Program-made: the position numbers and the translations under genes
Assembly: GCA_009103225.1 (NCBI GenBank)
Contig: RHPI01003570.1
Span: 1 to 52,000, forward strand
Reading direction: 5' to 3'
Source: Chlorokybus atmophyticus
Taxonomy: Eukaryota > Plantae > Mesostigma and Chlorokybus algae
DNA: 52,000 bases
Part shown: in pieces, positions 1 through 9,118 of the stretch
How positions within the stretch are numbered: the first letter of the stretch is position 1
Layout: each line of letters starts with the position of its first letter
Notes under the pieces: model-generated
What the model saw: only the letters and a program-made list of their open reading frames with translations
Databases searched by the model: none
Told to the model about the DNA's origin: nothing

Positions 1-1
1 T

Positions 2-3000
2 TGTGTATGCTCTGGTGGCGGTAGCTCTGTCCGTGTGTATCCATGCTTGCCTCAGCTACATGTGCATGCTAGTCCTTCAACACACTTCTACCAGTGCAAC
101 CAGCCTGGTCAGCGCCGCGCGCTACCCACACTAGTATCCTATCCAGGCTCCTACGCGTTCCGCAATGCAGGCGACGGCATGGTGTTGGACTCCAACACTG
201 GACAGCTGGAAGAACCCAATGCCCGCGAGCGCGAGCGTGCTATGGGATTCTTTCCAAGCAGCATCACAGGCTCCACGCTGACAACCAGTCAGCAATGTCA
301 GTTGTTGGGGCGCGCCATGGATCAGAACAGCATGGTGTGGTACTTGGAAATGTGCTTTGCTCTCCAGGACCGCCATGTGTCCTTCCAGGAGCTCGAACAC
401 CTGGCTGGGGGGTGGATTGCTCGCTTTTCAGAGACCAAAGCAGCACACACCGCCCTCGAGACCGCCCACATGGAGGAGCAGGCAGCAGTTACTGTGGAAG
501 ACATTCCAGTGGTCGCCAACGCTACCTCATGGTCCCACGCCATTGGACCGCTGGCCACGGGCCAGACTCGAGAGCAACTCGAGGCTCTCCTCAACAAGTG
601 GAGGAGCCAATTCAATTTCAGTGTGAAGGAGCTGGGCATCTGCTCAGCATATCAGATGGACATTGAACTAGTGGACACCGAACCGGTGTTCAGAAGACAG
701 TACCGCCTCTCCAAGCTAGAAGAAGACTTGGTGGAACAGAGGTGCAAGGCGCTGCTAGATGCAGGCCTGATCGAGGAGTCCACATCGGACTTTGCGGCCG
801 CGACCGTCATGCCCCTGAAGAAAGATTCAGCAGGCAACTGGACAGACCGGCGCATGTGTGGCGACTATCGCCCCCTCAACAACAAGACCAAGCAGGACAG
901 GTATCCAATGCCTACCGCAGAAGGCATCTTTGACGATGTAGGAGACTGCACGGTCTTTAGTATCCTGGATATGCGCCAAGGGTACAACCAGATCGCCATC
1001 AAGGAGGAGGACAAGCACAAGACTTCCTTCTGGGGAAACCGGCAGCTGTACCAGTGGAAGGTCATGCCCTTCGGACTGAAGAACGCTCCGGCCAAGTTCC
1101 AGCGCGTCATGGACAAAGCCCTCAAGGGGTTGGACTTCGCACGCTGCTACATCGACGACATCCTCATCTTCAGTCACAGCAATGAGGAGCATCTCCAGCA
1201 CATCGAAGAGGTGCTACAGAGGCTGAAGGAAGTCGGGATGACGGTGCACCCTGACAAGTGCACCTTCTTCACCCACAAGGTACCCTACCTAGGACACATG
1301 ATTGTGCCCCATGGTGTGTACGTACAGCAGGCCAAAGTGGAGGCACTGGTGGCTATCCCTGCCCCCACAGACCTCACGCGGCTGCGGGCCTTCCTCGGCC
1401 TTGCCAACTATTACCGCCGGTTTGTCAAGGACTTTGCCAAGATCGCAAGGCCTCTCAACGAACTACTGAAGAAGGACACCGAGTTCTTGTGGAAGGAGGC
1501 ACAACAGGAGGCCTTTCAGGAGCTGAAGCTCCGCCTCACCACAGCTCCCATTCTGCAACGCCCTGACTACACCAGGTCGTTCATCCTGCACACAGACTGG
1601 AGCAAGCTCGGCATGGGGGCCGTGCTCGTACAGCACGACAACAACAAGAAGGAGCGCGTAGTGTCGTACGCCAGCCGCAGCAACAACAGTGCTGAGGCCA
1701 ACTACAGCAGCTACGAAGGGGAGTGTCTCGCCGCAGTGTGGGCCATCTCCTTCTTCCGACCCTTCCTGTTTGGACGGCAGTTCCAACTGGTCACTGACCA
1801 TCAACCCCTCAAGTGGCTAATGAACAACCAGCACTTGACAGGAAAGTTAGCACGATGGGCGCTGCTGCTCCAGGAGTACGACTTCGAGGTGGAACACCGC
1901 GCAGGCCTTGCCAACCAGGATGCGGATGGCCTCAGCCGTAACCCCCACCTCAGCACCAACGACGCCACAGGCGCCCGACATGAGTTGGGTCCTACAGCTG
2001 CACCTTCAGGTGTGGCCACCATGTTCGCTGTCGCTGCGCTACGCTCAGGACGCAGGACTCAGATCGCTGAGGCAGCAGCAGACGGGGACATGCCCGCTCT
2101 CGAGCCCGCCATCACCACCACCGATCCTTTATCAGAAGAAGCAATCGCTGCCGACCCTGAGGTGGATGATGAGGAGCTGGCACCCACCGACACACGACAA
2201 GACATCTGGCTGGACGAGCCATCGCTCGCACTGCTTCAGACTGGACAACTTCCAGCAGGCATGAGCGCACGCGAGAAGGACCGCGTCCGGCAACGCACTC
2301 AGCGTTACCGCTGGGCCAACGACAGGCTGTATCGACGGATACAAGATGCAGATCAGGAGGTCCCCACACCAGCTGCACGTGAAGGCATCATCTCCTCCCT
2401 TCACACCGAGCTCGGGCACTTCGGTGTCAAGCGCACGGTCAGCCTGGTCAGGACCCAGTACTGGTGGTATGGGGTGCACAGACAGGTGCGGGAGTTCGTC
2501 AGCAACTGTCAGCAGTGTGACATGGTTCGCGCCAGCCTCAACACGCGCAATGCCACCTTGCATCCCCTTCCCATCTCCGGGTTGTTCTACCGCTGGGGAC
2601 TGGACATCCTTGGAGACCTAGCGCCCTCAGCGCGAGGCAACCGCTACATCCTCGTCATGATCGAGCACTTCTCCAAGTGGGTGGAGCTGGTGCCCCTGCC
2701 CGACAAGAGCAGTGAGGGAGTAGCCCAGGCTTTCCTCTCCCATGTACTCGGACGTTTCGGCAGCTGCGCTGAAGTCATCACCGACCAGGGTACGGAGTTC
2801 AGAGGAGCCTTCGACAAGCTTATCGACAGATGCTTCATCGACCATCGTCGCACCTCACGCGACCACCCGCAGGCCGACGGCCTCGCCGAACGTACCGTGC
2901 AGACCATCAAGAAGGCACTGCGCAAGTACGTCCTTGCCTACGAGAAGAATACCTGGGATGATCACCTCCCATGGGTAGCAATGGGCTACCGGCTGTCCAA

Positions 3001-3664
3001 GCAGGCAGCCCTGCGAGAGTACAGCCCATACTATCTACTGTTCGGAAGGCAGCCACTGCTCCCTTTCCGCGCACAGCAGGAGGTCGACAGAGTGGTGGAC
3101 AATCTCGACAACCCCGACGAGATGTTGTATGATCTGACAGTGCGCAGTGCGCTGTTCGAACACACAGTCCCCATGGCCTTCAACAACCTGCGCATCGCGC
3201 AGCACCGCGACACGCTGCGTTATGAGCGTGTGCGCAGTGGTTTCTACAAGGAGCGGGAGCGCCGCTTCGAGTCAGGAGACTTCGTCTACCGTATGGCGTC
3301 CACACGCGACACCCTCGATACCTCCGTCGGGCGTGCTGTTTACAAGGTATTGAAGGTGCACCCCACAGGGGTACTGGACCTGTTGGGACAACGAGGCGAG
3401 CGCATGAAGGACAACATGGTCAACTGTGCGCCCTGTCATCTCCCCTACATTGCTGGCTTCACCAAGATCCAGCACCCGCGTCCGCTGCGCAGCACCCGAT
3501 GCGAGAAGTGTGGCAGCGCCGACGACGACCCATTGATGATGTTATGCGATGGCTGTAATCAAGGCATGCACTGCTACTGCCTTGACCCTCCACTGGACGC
3601 AGTACCCTTATGGGAGTACTGGTGCGATGACTGCCGCATCAACGGTCCCCCACACAATCGGTAG
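2..3664 (+). CDS. pol: Pol polyprotein, 5'-truncated: C-terminal part of a DNMT3-like cytosine methyltransferase, reverse transcriptase, RNase H, integrase, PHD finger
   Basis: The frame is open from nt 2. RT: MPFGLKNAP and YIDD (1148-1159). RNase H: ILHTDWS (Asp 1595-1597) and TDHQPL. Integrase: HHCC zinc site (LHTELGH...CQQC, about 2400-2520) and D(2603)-D(2783)-E(2888) with 35-residue spacing. C4HC3 PHD at 3500-3634. The N-terminal ALPTLVSY...ERERAMGFF...QLLGRAM resembles DNMT3 TRD and motifs IX-X. Confidence 0.95.
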   Translation, partial: CVCSGGGSSVRVYPCLPQLHVHASPSTHFYQCNQPGQRRALPTLVSYPGSYAFRNAGDGMVLDSNTGQLEEPNARERERAMGFFPSSITGSTLTTSQQCQLLGRAMDQNSMVWYLEMCFALQDRHVSFQELEHLAGGWIARFSETKAAHTALETAHMEEQAAVTVEDIPVVANATSWSHAIGPLATGQTREQLEALLNKWRSQFNFSVKELGICSAYQMDIELVDTEPVFRRQYRLSKLEEDLVEQRCKALLDAGLIEESTSDFAAATVMPLKKDSAGNWTDRRMCGDYRPLNNKTKQDRYPMPTAEGIFDDVGDCTVFSILDMRQGYNQIAIKEEDKHKTSFWGNRQLYQWKVMPFGLKNAPAKFQRVMDKALKGLDFARCYIDDILIFSHSNEEHLQHIEEVLQRLKEVGMTVHPDKCTFFTHKVPYLGHMIVPHGVYVQQAKVEALVAIPAPTDLTRLRAFLGLANYYRRFVKDFAKIARPLNELLKKDTEFLWKEAQQEAFQELKLRLTTAPILQRPDYTRSFILHTDWSKLGMGAVLVQHDNNKKERVVSYASRSNNSAEANYSSYEGECLAAVWAISFFRPFLFGRQFQLVTDHQPLKWLMNNQHLTGKLARWALLLQEYDFEVEHRAGLANQDADGLSRNPHLSTNDATGARHELGPTAAPSGVATMFAVAALRSGRRTQIAEAAADGDMPALEPAITTTDPLSEEAIAADPEVDDEELAPTDTRQDIWLDEPSLALLQTGQLPAGMSAREKDRVRQRTQRYRWANDRLYRRIQDADQEVPTPAAREGIISSLHTELGHFGVKRTVSLVRTQYWWYGVHRQVREFVSNCQQCDMVRASLNTRNATLHPLPISGLFYRWGLDILGDLAPSARGNRYILVMIEHFSKWVELVPLPDKSSEGVAQAFLSHVLGRFGSCAEVITDQGTEFRGAFDKLIDRCFIDHRRTSRDHPQADGLAERTVQTIKKALRKYVLAYEKNTWDDHLPWVAMGYRLSKQAALREYSPYYLLFGRQPLLPFRAQQEVDRVVDNLDNPDEMLYDLTVRSALFEHTVPMAFNNLRIAQHRDTLRYERVRSGFYKERERRFESGDFVYRMASTRDTLDTSVGRAVYKVLKVHPTGVLDLLGQRGERMKDNMVNCAPCHLPYIAGFTKIQHPRPLRSTRCEKCGSADDDPLMMLCDGCNQGMHCYCLDPPLDAVPLWEYWCDDCRINGPPHNR

Positions 3665-3702
3665 GAACTGAGTTCTGGAGCAGAGGGCTACCCCAGAATC
3701 TC

Positions 3703-3710
3703 AGGGGGGG
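3703..3710 (+). promoter_or_regulatory. Polypurine tract (plus-strand primer site)
   Basis: AGGGGGGG lies 39 nt after the pol stop and directly before repeat B1 (TGGCTT...). Confidence 0.75.
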
Positions 3711-3949
3711 TGGCTTGTTGACTGTGTGCACTACGACACAGTCTGTACACAAAGGTGGCGAGCGGCATCGGCTCGTCCACTGCACTAAACACCGCGTAGG
3801 CTCATCTTCAAGCCTATGCCCACGATTGGGGGGTTGTCTTTTGCTTGCATGACTCCAATGCAGTGCACGGCACTAGCATGCGTGCAGCACTAGCACTCCT
3901 CTGCAGCCTGTCCGAGACAAGGTTGCCCTCGACCATGGCAGGCACGACA
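3711..3949 (+). repeat. Terminal repeat segment B, first copy (239 bp)
   Basis: Matches 4602-4840 with 3 substitutions (compared by eye) and ends GGCACGACA. Confidence 0.95.
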
Positions 3950-3951
3950 GC

Positions 3952-4601
3952 TGTCATGCCATCTACCCTCGCATGCCAGTTCTTCTCAAGCATGCCTACA
4001 CCCAGCCCCACGCCAGGGCTACCAGCATGAAGACCGCGCGAGCCCCAGCCTACTGCTAGCTACTGTATCACTCATGTAGCATGTAGCTAGGGCTACTTTA
4101 TAGACCTGTCTGTAGGGACCGCGCGTAGCTGATCAGTTGCAAGTCTGTTAAGAACACATGTGCTATATCAAGTCTTAGGAGATTTCCGAAATAGCATGAG
4201 GCCTCGATGTGACCGTTGGCCTAGTGCCCGCGTGGCACTGCACAGTCATGATTTGACATGTATAAGTAGGAAGTCACGTCACCAGACTGGCTGGTGACAC
4301 TGTAAGTGAGTACTGTGAGTACTAGGAGTACTAAGAAGTAAAGACTCTGTTTCTAAAGAGCTTGTGAAGCGACTTGAACTGGAAGCACGCTGCCCCGGTT
4401 GCCAAGAATTCCCTTACTGCGTGAGACACGGTGCATGCTCTTGTGCGCTGTGCCTGCCATTGCTGTGAGCTTGACGGTGGTGTGTTGTTTCAGTAGTCAG
4501 GGTGTTGTATCCACGTGTTGCACACTCATTCACCTCACTTAACAGTGTATCATTCTATCCACTCATGCAAAGAACTGTGTCCACAGCACTACCTATCGTA
4601 G
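3952..4601 (+). repeat. Terminal repeat segment A, copy in the 3' block (650 bp)
   Basis: Starts TGTCATGCC. Collinear without indels with 48271-48920 (about 20 substitutions, about 97%, by eye). Contains TATAAG at 4261-4266. Confidence 0.95.
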
Positions 4602-4840
4602 TGGCTTGTTGACTGTGTGCACTACGACACAGTCTGTACACAAAGGTGGCGAGCGGCATCGGCTCGTCCATTGCACTAAACACCGCGTAGGCTCATCTTC
4701 AAGCCTATGCCCACGATTGGGGGGGTGTCTTTTGCTTGCATGACTCCAATGCAGTGCACGGCACTAGCATGCGTGCAGCACTAGCACTCCTCTGCAGCCT
4801 GTCCGAGACAAGGTTGCCCTCGACCATGACAGGCACGACA
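4602..4840 (+). repeat. Terminal repeat segment B, second copy, forming the right end of the element
   Basis: Similarity to B1 stops exactly at ...GGCACGACA (4840), followed by unrelated TCCTG. GGCACGACA is an 8/9 inverted repeat of the A start TGTCATGCC. Confidence 0.92.
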
Positions 4841-6220
4841 TCCTGCACATTACATGCTAACTATGTGGAGCGTGTCACCTAGCAGCAATGGTCTCAGTGC
4901 CTGTTGCGACTTGCAATGCCACTCTCCTTATTGTACACGACCTCTTGCCGTCTAGCACCACCAAGTATATAGCCCCCAACACATAATCCAGTAGCGCATA
5001 TTAACATCTCCACAGCTGCAAGGGAGCCTTGGTTGCCTTGACCAAGAGGGAATGGTGTATGTGCAAAATGAATCCCCGAGGAGTTCGTCTTCTTTTTCAA
5101 GTTATTGCCGGCGTCCAACATAAGGGTAAGGTGCACGTAATCATTAGCGTCTAGCAGGGTTGATCAGTCCCCACTTAGTCCATCCCTCTGTCGACCAGCC
5201 CTCAATTAGTATCCGTCTACATGCAATGTGTCTTATGTGACAAAGGCATGATACCGTCCGCATCCATAGGCTGTGCTTCATAAACTCATCGCACTCGTCA
5301 TACCGGGGTGGCGCATGCACAACCATAATGCCACAAAAACCTTGTAGCAAAAATAACTCCGCGCGGGCATCATAAAAAATATCTACTAACTTTTCGGCAC
5401 CCCTCACTATGCATTGTAGCGATCATGCACTGTAACAAGCTGGCGCCCTTCTTACGAATACTAAGATAACTAATTTTACAGGCCTCTTTTACAAAGATTT
5501 TGTGACACTATGGTAGTCCTTAGAGATGGAAGCCTCGCAGTGTTTAGCGATGGAGGGCGAGGTCGCGAGTGTATGCATCATTGTTAATAGAATGCGTATG
5601 GCGCTTATTAAGCTATCCTTGAGTGGTATCAAGCAACACCCAATGGCTTCACAGTGACATCGGCATTTTGTCAATAGGTCGTTTACAAAATATGTTGCAC
5701 ACACCTCATGTGCACGAGGTCGCTTTAGTGCACCAGGCTAAACAGGGTGTGCTGCAACATCCGCGGTGGAACGAGGACTGACGTTGTGGGCATTTTGCAA
5801 ATGAGGTGCGATACCGTTGTAGCCCTTGTTGAATATATCTAAGCTGGTCGCAAATGTGCAATTACAACATTGTTGTTGTGTACACCGATCTACATTATGC
5901 ATGCACACTTAGAGCCTGCGATATTGTTGTAGCACCTGCCTGTGCAAGAACATCTTGGTTCTTACGCTGGGAAGTGCTTGCTATGTCAATAAGTGAGGTT
6001 TGTCTCCAGTTGTTTCCATGGCCGCATTCTGGGTGACGCATTATTAGGTGTTTGCTAACAGGGGTCGTGATGCATCGAGACTGTGATCACTGCAAACATG
6101 TTAACACGCAGTGCGCAAATTGCCATATGCTGCAGAACAGCCTGCTGCTGGATGGAGCTTGTCTTAAGCTCCATTTCCGGTAAGTGCCCCACATTGGATT
6201 GCCAAAGGCCAACATTTATA

Positions 6221-7105
6221 TTATGCACATGATATTGCAAAAAAGAAATGAGAGTGGTGTTCCTCACGTTTGCGCATGCAACGTTTCAGTTGTATAGCAG
6301 AGAGGAGCGGAACATTGTCGCGAGCAACACGTGCGAGTACAGGTGCGATTAATGTCACCTTACATTTACCCTTACGAAGGGTGCACGTATTTGCTCGAGA
6401 GTCCAATTTCAAACCTGTTTCGGTGTGCCGCTGTTCACCCAAAACAACATCCACCCCGGGGATACCTATATCCGCCACGATGAAAGTTGGTCGAGTCTTG
6501 TGGCTGTTAATAACAAAACGCCCCTTCACCTCCCCAATGGCATTGAGGGTGGAACCAGCAGCACGTACATACGACGTGACTGGTGTGAAAGGTATGTTAT
6601 TACGTTGCACCCAAGCATGTTCAACAAAGTTATGGTTTGCACCGGTATCAATTAATGCTGTACATGGTGTGCGCATAAGTTGACTCTCACATCTCCATTT
6701 GAGTGGTCCCGAGTGACCATCGAATGTAGCTAATGTCGGAGTGCCGTGATCGGTAGCAGGCTTGATAAAGATCACTTGCAACGGTGAAGCTCCTGTATCC
6801 TTGCGTGAGAGTTGCATAATTACTTCTCCCCCTTTTAACAATTGCGACCACGGGCCATGATATCGAGGGATAACTACACATGCAGTGACAGCATGTTGTA
6901 ATTGCAACTCGTGTAAGTGCTTAACAGCAGTTACTAATTTAAAAAATGGAACATTGATTAAAACACAACCGTTTGCATTTGTCAACACAGGTGGTGTGCT
7001 CATATCAGTCCATACATCTGATACATCACAAAGAGAGGAAACTTTATCAAGAAGTACAGAGTTTTCAAAGTCGTTCTGCTCGACTAAGCTACCAACCACG
7101 GACAA
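6221..7105 (-). CDS. Retrotransposon aspartic protease region (truncated pol start)
   Basis: ALIDTGANHNFV catalytic motif and a downstream VDVVLG (ILG-type) motif; in frame with the upstream gag. Confidence 0.8.
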   Translation of the reverse strand: MSVVGSLVEQNDFENSVLLDKVSSLCDVSDVWTDMSTPPVLTNANGCVLINVPFFKLVTAVKHLHELQLQHAVTACVVIPRYHGPWSQLLKGGEVIMQLSRKDTGASPLQVIFIKPATDHGTPTLATFDGHSGPLKWRCESQLMRTPCTALIDTGANHNFVEHAWVQRNNIPFTPVTSYVRAAGSTLNAIGEVKGRFVINSHKTRPTFIVADIGIPGVDVVLGEQRHTETGLKLDSRANTCTLRKGKCKVTLIAPVLARVARDNVPLLSAIQLKRCMRKREEHHSHFFFAISCA

Positions 7106-7108
7106 TTC

Positions 7109-8155
7109 CTATTTCTTGTCCCTCTGCTGCTTGGCCTTCTGTGCATTCCGCTTTGCATAGCACTTGGCCTCCTCATGACCTGTCTTCTTGCAGAAACTGC
7201 AAGTGATGATGGATTTGGCCGCGTTGTAGGGGCCAGCAGGCTGAGATGTTTTCGCCTTTTTCACAAAAGGTTTGTTGTCAGTGGCCGGGCGCTTTGCAGC
7301 TGAAACCGGGGCTGCCTCTTTTGCCGTGGTTTGCATGTTTGCGTGAGAGCGCTTTACACTGTCCACAGTAGCAACCATCTGCATCAGCATTTGTAAATCC
7401 GTCGAGGCCCACTCTTGCTGAACCGGACGCCCGTTCTGACGCAAGTTGTGCAGCTGGTTGCGAGCAACCTGGGCACGATCTGCGCCACCATAGCGCTGCT
7501 CCATGAAAGAGCACAACTGATTTACTTCCCACCCGAGGTTCGTATCCCGTTGCTTACGGCGATACCACTTTGCCAGAGCATCGTTTGGGATCAGCAACTC
7601 AGCTACACGCAACTTCCCCTCCTCAGAAATGTGAAGGGAGTTGACATAGTGTCTTAGCTTCACGAGCCAGTTGAAAATTGCCGCTTGTTTGTTGGGAACA
7701 AACTCGGCAGGTCGAGCAAGCGCCTGAACAGGTGGACCATTATCAGAGCGTTGAAGGCGCTCGATCATGTTCAAAACACGTTTTCCTTCACCCATCGATC
7801 CCTCCCAATCTTGCCCCATAAAGGTGGTGAGCTTTGAGATCTTTTCCGCCATATGAAAGAGGAAGTTGACAAGCGTGAGAATCGCCTCGCGAGGATCCTT
7901 ATCATAGGTGCCAAGAAAGTGGTCCATTAACTCTTGTTTTGTCAAGTGCATTGATCTTTCAAGCTGAACAAATGATGGTGGTGGTGGTGGTCCGTTTGGT
8001 TCCACCAAGCCATCCACATCCTTAGCAGCATGAGACTCATCAGGTGCATCATCCGGGTTGGAAATATCCTCCATGGAGAGAAACTCCTCCTCACGAGATA
8101 ATTGCTCTTTTTGCGAGCTTTCCCCCTTTGAGGTGGGCACCGAGTTCTCTGCCAT
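7109..8155 (-). CDS. gag: Retrotransposon Gag with one CCHC zinc knuckle
   Basis: 348-aa ORF with CSFCKKTGHEEAKC (CX2CX4HX4C) near the C-terminus and a Ty3 capsid-like ALAKWY...FMEQRYG...ARNQLHNLRQ region. Confidence 0.85.
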   Translation of the reverse strand: MAENSVPTSKGESSQKEQLSREEEFLSMEDISNPDDAPDESHAAKDVDGLVEPNGPPPPPSFVQLERSMHLTKQELMDHFLGTYDKDPREAILTLVNFLFHMAEKISKLTTFMGQDWEGSMGEGKRVLNMIERLQRSDNGPPVQALARPAEFVPNKQAAIFNWLVKLRHYVNSLHISEEGKLRVAELLIPNDALAKWYRRKQRDTNLGWEVNQLCSFMEQRYGGADRAQVARNQLHNLRQNGRPVQQEWASTDLQMLMQMVATVDSVKRSHANMQTTAKEAAPVSAAKRPATDNKPFVKKAKTSQPAGPYNAAKSIITCSFCKKTGHEEAKCYAKRNAQKAKQQRDKK

Positions 8156-8365
8156 TTGTCTGCAAAACAGGCAAAATGGAATGGTGAGAATCTCACCAAT
8201 GGTGTAGGTTCAACGAGAGGGTAAAAATGACCCCACGTTGTAAAAGTCTCAAACAGAGTCCAAACCAGTCATAAAACAGAAAAGGTTGGACTTAGAGTGT
8301 CACTAAACAGAACAAGTCTAAGTGGGACCAGAATGTTCTAACCCTATGTTATACACAACCAAGTC

Positions 8366-8838
8366 CCAATCTCCAGGCCGAAGCTAGAGGGGGAGGGTTT
8401 CAGACTAACAGTGTTTGGGAACAGGTTGTCCTAGAACCTCCCCAAAACTGTCATAACCGAGTTCCGATCTCCAAGCCGAAGCCAGAGGGGGAGGGTTTGG
8501 GAACAGTTTGGTTTAGAACTTACGGACCCGGGTCAAGCGACCCGGAAAAACCGCTGGCAGGTCACAGATACGTCACAGGCATGCAACAGGCAAGCCACAG
8601 GCATGCAACAGGCAAGCCGCACAGTGACCAACTATGACATGCACTGGCAAGCACAATGACAAGAAACTACCGCATGCAATGACAGGCAATCATTGCAAGC
8701 AATGATAGTGCACTGAGTGTGACAAGCAGTGATGGCACTAGCAAGCGGCACTCATGCACTGACAAGTCACTGGCAAGCATAATGACAAGCAATCACCGCA
8801 TGCAATGACAGGCAATCACTGCAAGTAATGATGGTGCA
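8366..8838. repeat. Cluster of short direct repeats upstream of the minus-strand gag
   Basis: 35-bp pair (8366-8400 and 8464-8498, ending AGAGGGGGAGGGTTT), 7-bp-stem hairpin CCGGGTC/GACCCGG (8528-8545), 22-bp tandem pair (8575-8618) and an approximately 70-bp pair with 126-bp period (8642 and 8768). Confidence 0.7.
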
Positions 8839-9118
8839 TGAAAGTACACACGTGCACCTGACAAGCAGCTGGCAAGCAGGCAAGTCACCGACGTGTGTGA
8901 TGGTACCTCACACGTGGAGAGGCCGCCTATTTGATGGGTGGCTTCAACGCGCAAATAATTGTAGCCTAGCACTCTAGTGTAGACTTGTGTGTACATCAGC
9001 CTATAACTATGCACTTGTACACTTGTATTGTAATGCACTTGGGTGCTGGGCATAGCCACCGTGCGATCGACCCATAGCGACCCCCCAGCATAAGCTGTGT
9101 GTCGCATGTAACTCGTGT

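Larger units (their letters stand above)
1..4840 (+). mobile_element. Ty3/gypsy-type retrotransposon, 3' part (pol, PPT, B-gc-A-B terminal repeats); 5' part lies outside the window
   Basis: Intact pol ORF with RT-RH-IN order, a purine tract at 3703-3710 and a terminal repeat block at 3711-4840 ending GGCACGACA. Segment A (3952-4601) recurs at 48271-48920 in front of a gag ORF. Confidence 0.95.
4894..8560 (-). mobile_element. Second, unrelated and decayed Ty3/gypsy element (gag-protease largely readable, downstream pol heavily eroded)
   Basis: Gag with a CCHC knuckle is followed by an aspartic protease on the minus strand. Only weak integrase-like remnants are seen at about 4900-5700. No LTR or PBS was recognised, so the boundaries are approximate. 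Confidence 0.7.

Noticed and set aside
1-4840. Classifying the element as DIRS/PAT/Ngaro because of the split repeats
   Set aside because: pol contains a complete HHCC-DDE integrase after a gypsy-type RT-RH, and no tyrosine recombinase motif is seen in the parts present.
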